From assembly GCF_009914755.1 (NCBI RefSeq), contig NC_060928.1: a stretch of 64,000 bases of DNA; one strand, 5' to 3'. Position numbers and translations under genes: made by a program. Below the pieces are notes generated by a model that did no database searches, was not told the DNA's origin, and was given only the letters and a program-made list of their open reading frames with translations. Of this stretch, positions 53,359 through 64,000 are shown one piece after another. The stretch's first letter is position 1. Every line of letters begins with the position of its first letter. Origin of the DNA: the human T2T-CHM13v2.0 reference genome, Homo sapiens.

Positions 53359-53464
53359 TTTTCTTTCTTTCTTTCTTTTTCTTTCTTTCTTTCTTTCTTC
53401 TTTCCTTCTCTTCCTTCCTTCCCTTTCTTTTTATTTCTTTCTCTCTTTTCTTTTTTCCTTTTTT
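53359..53464. repeat. (TTTC)n/(TTCC)n pyrimidine tract
   Basis: Directly visible. Confidence 0.9.
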
Positions 53465-53664
53465 AGCAACAGATCTCTGTTTTCAAAATTAATTTTTTGT
53501 GGAAGTTTGATATAGAAGAGGATTTGATCTTCTCTGCTTGAAGTAGGCATGAACTGCCCATTCAGCCTCCTCATTGCCCCCTTGAATTTCCTGAGACCTT
53601 AGGGCTGTGAAAAAACAAAAACAAAAACAAAACAAAAAACAGAACAAAACCACAAACGTATTTC

Positions 53665-53800
53665 AATTCTTTCATTTTACAGATTTGGAAATCAAGGCCC
53701 AAATGGGAACCATCGTCATGGCCAAGGTTGAGCATTTTATAATGGCATATCCAGGTCTGGAGCCCAAATCTCCTGATTTGTGGTCCACACACTTTGCCTG
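53665..53800 (-). mobile_element. MIR fragment
   Basis: cattttacagatttggaaatcaaggcccaaa...ggccaaggt...ggtctggagcccaaatctcctga. Confidence 0.65.
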
Positions 53801-54040
53801 CATCACACTGTTGGTCATATGGACTTTGTTTTGTGTGACAAGTTGGGTCCCAGAACAGCTTTAATGCCTAACCAGTTCTGCAGCTTTCACCACCAGGAGC
53901 AGGCTTGTGTGCTGAGACACATCAGCATCAGTACATGAAGCAGATCTCTTCAATGCCCAGAATTCTTAGGCATATTTCCAGATATTGGACCAACAACCTT
54001 GGGGTTATTTGCCTGGATAAAATATCCATGTATTCAGATC

Positions 54041-54270
54041 CAGTGGTTCCTCAACTTTAGTATCCCCTTTATGATTACTGGGGGGATTTGATAAAAATAC
54101 AAATGCCAGAAATTCTGATTCAGTAGGTGTAGGGCATAACCCAGGAATCTGTATTTTAATAATGATCCAAATAATAAATATTTATTTATTTAAATAAATC
54201 TGTATTTAAATAATGATTTAATAATGGGGCTATGACGAAATGATCCCCAGACCACACTTTGAGATACATG
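54041..54270. mobile_element. MER5-like DNA transposon with an AT-rich internal duplication
   Basis: cagtggttcctcaactt...ttctgattcagtaggt...cccaggaatctgtattttaa...gaccacactttgaga. Confidence 0.75.
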
Positions 54271-57200
54271 GCTTTAATTTTTCTTTGTCATTAAAACCTT
54301 CCCATGGAAGAACTAAAGTTGGCTCAGACTTCAGGAACTGCATGCTTTTAAACAAGCTTTCAGTCTGACAAGAGTTTTAGCCACCACCACCACCAGCCCC
54401 CAGATTCAGAGCATTATCCTGCAGATGGTGTCTTATTCTCACAGTGGCATCCTGCTAAATTCCACAGTGACTGGATAATCATCTCAGGTGGTCACACTGG
54501 GAGAAGCAACAGGAACTGACGTAAGGAACCAAACTTTGTTTTCATGCAAATGGTTTCCATGGAAAATTAAACAAGCAATAAAGACATACAAAAAGGTATT
54601 GTGCATATCAGTAACCAGAAAAAGTCTCTTATGGGATAGCTCATCTAAATTTGAAAGTACTATCAGCTTTGGAAGGTCTTGAGCTCAAATATTAGAGGGG
54701 TCAGCCTAAGGAGCTGGGAAGCCCAGCAAAGGTTAAGATTTCAGGGCAAATATCAAATCTTGCACTGAGAAATCCCTGTGTCGAGCTGTGCCAAAACCAG
54801 ATGTTTTTACTAGTAATTAGTATTATGATAATTCACTTAACTAGGAATAAAATAGGGCATGATTGTTTACTGCTGCCTGTTTCCCCAGACATGCAGAGAA
54901 ATGAGAAGAAAAATCTCAGAGGTTTTACTCTTGGCTAAACAGAATGATTTTCTCAATTAACCAGGAACGAACATAGCAACAAAATAATTTGCCCTTACAT
55001 TATACAAGAGTTGTAAATAGACTTTTAAACACCTCCTTACATGTGGAAGTCAAGGTGGAAGATTGACTGCCAAGGAATTGAAAACATCTTGAGTTTGGTT
55101 TCCATCTGAAAAGACACAGTCCTTAGAAACCTACTCACGTTGTCAGCCATGGCATGAGACTTCCAAAAGCTATTCTTGGTTTCTCTTCTCTGTGCTGAAC
55201 CCTTTCCAAGGCCAAGAAATTGTGGGATGAATTGTGGTAAGATGAAAGATTCTTCTGAGAGCTTAGGAGAAAAGTGTACAGGAGAGCAGAGAACACATAT
55301 CTGAGAGGAGGCCGACAGCACGGCTGGGCTTTTACATGAATCCTTAATATAAACTAAGAATCGATGGTGGGCAATGAACAGTGATCATGGCAGAGCACAC
55401 CCCAGCAAGGGAGTTACTCTATTGTGACTGTGTCAGGCTGATGAATCCTGGGGGAACAGGGCGGGGAGTGGTGGGGCACAGGGGCATGTGGCACCCTCAC
55501 ACACACACCCCAGAAGAGAAACTATTTGTAACTGTCAAATTTACAAGAAGCCAGCCAGACGTTCTACAACATAAACCACTTCGTAGAGCATAAGGTACAG
55601 CCACATTTCTTCAATAGCAGGACAGAAACTGCATTTTGTCCCCTTAAAGATAATTTTTAAAAAGAGAAACTATGAGCACTTTTGCCCAAATAAAATCTCT
55701 TTTAATCCTTATAAATAAAAATACTCTTTCCCATCGGTAGCTGTATCTCTTTGACACCCTCCTGCATTCTCTGCTACCACTGCCTTTTCCTTTACCTCAC
55801 TCAGGATTTCTCCAAGAGGCTGAACAGGAGACATTAGTGTCTCTGGGTTATGAGATGTGACTATGTCGTAACATGCGATGACGTTTGTGTTCAGGACCAA
55901 GGACAGTAGCCCACGTGCGGGCTTAGCCCCTGCTCCCAGCCCCCTTTCTTTGCCCACTCCCTAACATTTTAGCCACATCACATCTATGAGCAGAGGAGTG
56001 TGGACCATATTGTTCAAATTAGAAACCAAAATAGGGCTTAATTACCATATAAGAAGCAGTGCTTTTTCCACCAATGTCTACTTTTTACCACTCAATAAAT
56101 ACACGTTGAGGAATGGGACCAGTAAAACTCAGTGTTTCTTCACTACTTCCTTGGGTAAGTCTCCCCAGCGGCCTTAGACCTGAAGATGGCAATTGCAGAC
56201 TTGGGAAAACAGGTGGCTGAGTACCCTTGTCCGAGCCCTACAGCCACAATAAAACTTACAAGCTCTCCTTGGTTCTCCCATGGCTGGGCTGGCTCTGCAC
56301 CACCTTAGTGTGTCTCTGAGATCATCATGGCCTTTGAAAGAAGCTCAGTCTAGGCATAAGAACCAGACAAACAACGCTTCTGTCCAATTCTGGGCCTACC
56401 AGTGTCTTGAAGCTAGAGATTCAACTCTCAAGAAGCCATAAGTAGTAGAAAACTTGCTTCTTTTTGCACCTTCTGGATTAAGGTCAGAGCACACACATCT
56501 CCTAGAATAATGTGCTTTTGCAAGATAGAACATAAGGTACAGAGTATATAAATACCTCACAATTCTGTTAAATACCTTTATTTATAGAAATGAAAGTTAG
56601 GAACCAGGATTAATTGCTGCAAATGAAGGAAGTAGAAACTAATTAAAAATGAACATTTTAGCATGCTATCAAAGGGCTAGGGCTCCTTTTGAAGGTGTCC
56701 TTTGCAAACAGAAAGAGGTTACAGCATGGAGAGATTATGTATTCTTTTCCTGATTTTCTCTGTCTCTCTCTGTCTCTCTCGCATAGACACACACACTCAC
56801 ACACACTCAACCATATACCTCAGTATATTTAGAATACTGACGTCAAAGAGAAAGATAAAGGGATAGCAGGTCCTAGCTAACCCCAGATTCTTACGTGAAT
56901 TGTCTCCATTTTTAAAGTGAAATGAAAGATGGAGAAATTCAAGTAAGTCTAAAACCTGCATCAAACCTAACAAGGCATCCAGGTGCCAAAGGTCACGTTC
57001 TACGTCTTGACAGGGTGAGACAAAGCCAAACAGCAAGTAGTCATTGCACAGTAGCATTGCTCATTTGGAGACACTAAAGGGAGGAAGAGGCACTAACAGC
57101 AGTCCAGCAACCTGGTCCAGGGTCTTCCCCCACTGGCTGAGTATAGACTTCCACCTGAACCTGCCCAGGGTTACCATTTGCTTCTTGGACAACATCACAG

Positions 57201-57437
57201 TGAAGAGCTCTGCAATCCTGGCATCATATTCTTTCAACCAACAGTCACAGAGCTTTTATTATACACCAGGACATCTGCACAGCACCCAGGTTACAGCAAT
57301 AAATCAGAACGCAGCTACATAGGAAAGGAGTCAGACAGGAGCAACGGCATGCCACTATCTTTTTATTTTTTTAATACAGAAAACATAAACTTGAATAGCA
57401 AAACTAAAAACATTTTTTACAAACAAAACTCATATCA

Positions 57438-57830
<393 letters not shown>

Positions 57831-59990
57831 CTAGATGCTCTGAAATAGTTTATGCTTTCGGGCTGGGGAACATTGGTCTTCATCATACTCCTAAACAGAA
57901 AACAACTCTCCCATTTTTCTTATCCCCTCCCTGCAAATGGTTCACAAACCCCAAAGCTCTCTCTTGGACTTTGGTTTTCCTCCCTGAAAAGATTACCCTC
58001 CAGCGAAACAAGACACTGCACAGGCCACTTGGGGGGAACTTGTCAGTTCTTTGCTTTTCCCAAGACTTATTAATTTGGGCAGGACCTTAGGAAAAGGAAG
58101 AAGGGAGTGGGGCCAAGAATTAATCTACTCTGAGCTGTGATGGGTAGAAAGGGGACCTAGCACTTGTTCGTTTAAACTCCTGCTATTTTCACCTCTCAGG
58201 GGCTCTGCCTACTCTTGCCAAGTTAATCATGCTAAACAGAGTTGGATTTCTAGCAATACAATGCTCGCATCTAGGGTATCTTTCTGCAAGGTAAGCAATC
58301 TTGCCATTGATTCCCCCAGGCACTTGGTGCATACTGTTAGCTGGATTTCAATATCGTTGTGAAACTCTGTGTCTTTTGGAAATGCTTGTGTAGGTATCCC
58401 TGCTTAATGGATGTTGGTTACCCTCACAGAGGAAACCAACTTTCTCCCCTAGGATTTGTGGGGAGTAATTTCCCTCAAGCTATTATTACCTTAGGAACCG
58501 GTCTCCCAGGGATGAGCTGAATCAAAGCCCAGTCATACCTACTTTCCCTTCCAAAGGAAGATGCCCCCTTTAGGTTGCTGAGGCCTGATTCACATGTTTA
58601 TTTACGGGGGAAGGCTCTGTTTTCTCTTGGAGAGGCAAAGCTAATTTCAGCCACCTGAGTGTTATAAACATACACACAAGATGTAAAGGTAAAAACGCAG
58701 GTCAGGAGGGGCCCTCACACCTCCTAACATAACCCACTGATGCTGCTAAAGGGAGAATCGCAGAGGAGCAGAGGTGGTCTTCCTCTCAGACACAGCCCCA
58801 TTCTGACCATTCACAAAACTCATTGTCCCAGAGCTCCGGCACTCCCGTGTGCCTTCGCCTTTGCTCTCTGACCTCCAAGGCCCTCCCACTATCACCAGCA
58901 ATCTCCCTTCCCGTGGAGACAGGGATAAATCTCCATCTTGGGAGAAATGATTTTCAGCCAGACCAGCTAAGCCCTCCAAGGCTCTCAGTTGGGTGGAAGC
59001 TCCTCCGGGTCCCAGAGGGGATTAGATAAGGATCTGGGGAGAAATTTAAATCCTGGATGGCAGCTGTAGGGGCTGAAATGAACCAGCCTATTACCCAGCA
59101 CCTCTCTGACGGTGAGGGTTAATTTATCACATGGAATCCAATCACTTCTTATAAAACCAGTGCAGGTTTCATTTAGTTTGATGAGGTATATTGCAAGATT
59201 TCAGAAAATCAATTTTACTGAGAGCCATATTAAGCCCCAGGGAATATAACACTACATGTACCTCACATAAGTTTTTGTTATTACCCAGCGCATCACTGGG
59301 GAAATTATATACTTAGCCCAATGAAGGGTAATGACTACCTTCATTGTCTTGGGCAGCTCCCACCTTGCTTACCTCGGTGAAATAACAAATAAAAATGGTA
59401 GGGCTCCAAATTGGTACTTACCTACGCTCTGCAGAGTCAGAGGCATGATAAGAGTGAGCAAAAGCAACTTAATTTTCCAAACATTTGAACTGCTTACAGT
59501 ATGGGATATGACTAGCCCATGCTATAAAATAGCAGGCATTATGGATACTTCCTATTTTGACCAAAGCCCTATTCTGACTGAGCCCCTTAGCTTGAGTTCT
59601 CAGAGCAGCATTTGCAAAGGAAGTCACAGTGGACACAAATTGCTTTCAATTGATCTGCCAGTATAATATTTCCAGAGAGTTATATTTCTTAGTAAGAAAC
59701 TGTTCCACTGTGGCTAAGGAACATTCCTATCTGTGCTCATCTGGTCTCTTGGATACTTTTGTATGCAAAGCAATAAACCAGGCTCACTTTTATGGGGACC
59801 CCAACTTGAAGCTAGCATCAGGGAGTGAATCCCCAAGCCAACCTTGGCGATAGCTTCCTTCTCCGAAGGCCAGTTCAAATTGATAGCAGAGCATGTGGAG
59901 TGTGTGTGGTAGGTGGGAGAGTGGTATGGTGCACCAATCCTACTGCATCTCACAAATATCAGAGCTTCTCTTATTTATCTGTGGTCTAGG

Positions 59991-60200
59991 ACTATGCTGT
60001 CCAATATGGCAGCAACTATCCACATGTAGCCATTTAGATTTAGATTACTTAAAATCAGGTAAAATTTAAAATTCAGTTCTTCAGGTGCACTAATCACATT
60101 TGCAGTGCTTAGTAGTCACATGTGGTGAGTGGCTACTGTATTGGACAGCACGGATATAGAACATTCCCACTGTTGCACAATGTTCTGTTGGATGTTGCTG
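59991..60200 (+). mobile_element. MER3 DNA transposon
   Basis: gctgtccaatatggcagc...aaattcagttc...gtggctactgtattggacagcac...atagaacattccc. Confidence 0.88.
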
Positions 60201-60548
60201 GGTAGCCATTCAAGTAGCCACTCAGCTGTAGGGACTTGGTAGTGATTACAGGGGCCTGAGAGTTCGGTTCAGGCTGAAGTCATTTCCCATCAACTCCCAA
60301 GTGTCCTCGTTTTTCAGATCTTCTTTCGCCAGCTTGCACTGAGGCCAAACATAACTTCTTTACAGTCTTTAGATGACAGAGAAACCCTCTTCCATCCTAT
60401 CAGAACCAGCCCCAGAAAAAATTTGGAAGTGGTTTTGGAAATTTAAAAATATAAGCTATAGGACAAAGCAAGTATTTGGGAAACTGGGGGAAAAAAAAGT
60501 TTTTATCAGGCTGAATAGATACCCTGGACCAAGAACAAATTCCCCCAC

Positions 60549-61300
60549 TGCGATGGGTGGAATTGTGTATCCCTCACCCCAAATACACATATTGAAGACC
60601 TACCCTCCAGTACCTCAAAATGGGACTGTATTTGGAGACAGGATCTGTAAAGAGGTAATTAAAGTAAATTGGGGCCATTATGGTGGCCCCTAATCTAACA
60701 TGACTAGTACCTTTATAAGAAGAGAAGATTAGGATGCAGATATACACAGAGAAAAAACCATGTGAAGACACAGGGACATGATAGCTGATATGATTTGGCT
60801 GTGTCCTCACCCAGATCTCACTTTGAATTGTAATAATCCCCACATGGCAAGGGCAGGCCAGATGGAGATAATTGAATCATGGGGGCAGTTTCCCCCATAC
60901 CATTCTCGTTGTAGTGAATAAATCTCATGAGATCTGATGGCTTTATAAATAGGAGCTCACCTGCACAAGCTCTTCTGCCTGCTGCCATGTAAGATGTGAC
61001 TTTGCTTCTCATTTGCCTCCCGCCATGATTGTAAGGCCTCCCCAGCCATGTGGAACTGTAAGTCCATTAAACCTCTTTCCTTTATAAATTACCCAGTCTT
61101 GGGTATGTCTTTATTAGCAGCATGAGAATTGACTAATACAACAGCCTTCTATAAGCCAAGGAGAGGCCTTAGAAGAAACCAACCTTGCTGACACTCAGAC
61201 TTTGGACAGCTATTTGCCAGAACTGTGAGAAAAAAAATTCTGTGGTTCAAACCACCCAGCTTGTGGCACTTTATTATGGCAGCCCCAACAAACTGAGAGA
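60549..61300 (+). mobile_element. MLT1B-like LTR interrupted by THE1B
   Basis: cagtacctcaaaatgggactgtatttggagacagg...ccatgtgaagacacaggg, resuming at 61146 with ctataagccaaggagaggcc...ttatggcagccc. Confidence 0.88.
60786..61140 (+). mobile_element. THE1B-like solo LTR
   Basis: tgatatgatttggctgtgtc...aaattacccagtcttgggtatgtctttattagcagc...gactaataca; TSD atagc/acagc. Confidence 0.92.
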
Positions 61301-62244
61301 CCCAGCATGCAGATTCTCCATACAGCAAACCAGAGACCTCTGCAACACAGCCTGTCAAGATTTTTCAAATCAAGCTGGAGATTTTTTGAGTTTACATTGC
61401 CATCATCACAATTTTTACCTCAAGCATAACAAAGCAGCTGTTTGCACAGAGGATTATTGTTCCGTGCCTTCGCCTGCAGGGAAATTCAGCCTTTGATGCC
61501 GCTTACAGAGCCAATGGGACAACTGGAACATCAGGACGTGACAGACAAATTACCCATGAGAAAGGGCAGAACGTTTTAAAAGAGTGTTTAAAAAATCATG
61601 TTGCCTCCACTGATGTTAGCCTGTGACATCCCTTACCAATTTTTATATGTCAACTCTAAATTAGATCGGTTTGTTTATTTATACACATTGAGTAGAGTCA
61701 TACACATGTATGATATATGGATTTAGCAACTGTTCACATAGTTGCTTCTCTTCAAGGTGTTTAACAAAAATTAACTAATGCTACATGCAACCTCCCATAT
61801 GTTCACTGTAACATGCAACAACCCACAGAGAATGTGATGAAAACTTTAAAACAAAATGAAGTTCTAATTCGATTATTTTCTGTTTGATGGGATTCCTGGG
61901 GGAATTAACTACCAAATGGAGATTCAAATATCTAGTTAAGAGAAGGGATTAATATTATCCAGATAGTTATCTTGATATGTTAGCTTGTATCTGTAATAGA
62001 TATTCTAGCCTTTATCTTTTTTCCTATTTTTCCTGGAGGCATTGCAATATTGCATTTAAAAAAAAAACCTTTCTGCCATATTGAGCAAAAGCAACATGAT
62101 TAAAGTAACAAATGGAAACAAAACATGAGGATGGCATTTTAGGATTACAAAATGCTTTCCTGACAAATTTTCATTTCATGTTTACCACATTTTTTAAAGA
62201 TTAGGTTATTATTCCTGTTTTAAAGATGGGGAAACTAAGTATCA

Positions 62245-62733
<489 letters not shown>

Positions 62734-63822
62734 CTATAGCCAACTCCTCACAAAAGAATGTTAAAAAGGTGCTTCTCTGTAAAGTTGCCCTCCTGGCCTT
62801 CCCTTCATTGGTGCTGTTGATAGTGGTGCTTCTCCTGCCTGAGACAAGCCTGCAAAGGTGGATGGATATTCCTACCAGGACACACAGGGTGAGACTGCAA
62901 TGGCAACCTGCAGAGTCCAGGGCTTGCCCACTATGAAAATGGTCTCCAAGTGTGCTCCTGCTTCATCTGGTCACCAACCTCCTTATGAATGAGGTGGGGC
63001 CAGGGCTCAGGGATTTAGAGTGAGGAGGGGGCCTCCAGAACCCAGAGGTAGGAACAAAAAGGCAAAGGTGGTAACAGCTGAGATGAACTTCCTTCTCTGC
63101 ATCCCCTGCCATCCTTTCCACCTGCCTAGGCCATCTGGAGTTTCCAATTATGTGTCTTGCCCAAAGCTCACCTACCCTACACAGGAGTATTCTAGAGCAG
63201 AATCCATGGTGTGGTAAGGACCTGCCACACCCTCAACCCCCTTTAGAGGAACACTTTCCTAAAGCACAGCATTCTGTCTCCAGCTTTGTATTAATACTTT
63301 TATTTAGTGGACCATTCATGCCACCTGGGCCACAACTGATGATACCCAGGACTAGTGCCCCAACCAATGCAAGCTGCTCACCAGAGTGACCAACCACCTC
63401 TGAGGTGGCTTGGCACCAACTCACCCCAATAGAGGTGCTCTATATTGCAGAGTGACAAGCTGACCCCATCAGATGTCTCGCCTGGCACATGTGAACATGC
63501 GTATGGGCTCAGGCAAATGACTCGGGTTCTCCATTCACCAGTCCTGACTGTGCCGAGACCCAGAGTGTCTGTGGCTAATGAAGAAAGATGTCCTAATGCT
63601 GCCCCTTTCCCTTGTGTCCTAGAAGTAAGGCCCATCACCAAAGGAGGTCTGGGTCAGTCTTTCCTTAGCAATCTTAAATAGCCCAACAGATCAAGTATGA
63701 TTCTCACTTAGAGGGAAGTCCCAGGAGCCCAAAGAGAAAAGTGACACACACAAGAATAACATCACCAGCTCACATGAGGGACCTGGGTCCCAGAAACCCA
63801 CAGTTAAACTATTCTTTCCACA

Positions 63823-64000
63823 TTTTATTTTATTTTATTTATTTATTTTGAGACAGAGTCTAACTCTGTCACCCAGGCTGGAGGGCAGTGGTGTGCTCTC
63901 AGCTCACTGCAACCTCCGCCACCCGGGCTTAAGCAATTCTCCCTGCCTCAGTCTCCCGACTAGCTGGGATTACGGGTGCCTGCCACCATGCCCGGCTAAA
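63823..64000 (-). mobile_element. Alu right arm with (TTTTA)n tail, cut by the window end
   Basis: ttttgagacagagtct...cccaggctggag...agctgggattac. Confidence 0.95.

Noticed and set aside
58200-58300. Possible exon ending at caag|gtaagc near 58290
   Set aside because: Isolated donor-like motif with no supported acceptor or recognisable ORF

Overview
Primate genomic DNA, most likely hominid given AluY and an L1PA2-type insertion. It is repeat-rich, with no CpG island and no recognisable spliced host gene; nearly all listed ORFs come from L1/MaLR remnants, Alus or low-complexity tracts. The main structure is a degenerate ancient L1ME-type element (about 8.7-22 kb, minus strand) holding MSTD, MER8, a near-full-length L1PB, AluY and MER20. 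Further along are two 5'-truncated plus-strand L1PA insertions with TSDs, a complete THE1A provirus inside a MER31 LTR, and many MaLR/ERVL LTRs, MIR, L2 and DNA-transposon fossils. The most notable observation is that the L1PB carries, inside its TSD and 5' of the L1 start, about 125 bp resembling exon 1 of a ZNF91-family KRAB zinc-finger gene, ending exactly at that exon's ATG. Its 5'UTR also looks spliced, which suggests a retrotransposed, spliced KRAB-ZNF/L1 chimeric mRNA. Other unexplained structures are a 300-bp inverted duplication, an 82-bp direct duplication, a Tigger-like transposase fossil and an in-frame L2/CR1-group reverse transcriptase fossil. Subfamily names come from recalled consensus sequences and need RepeatMasker/Dfam confirmation.
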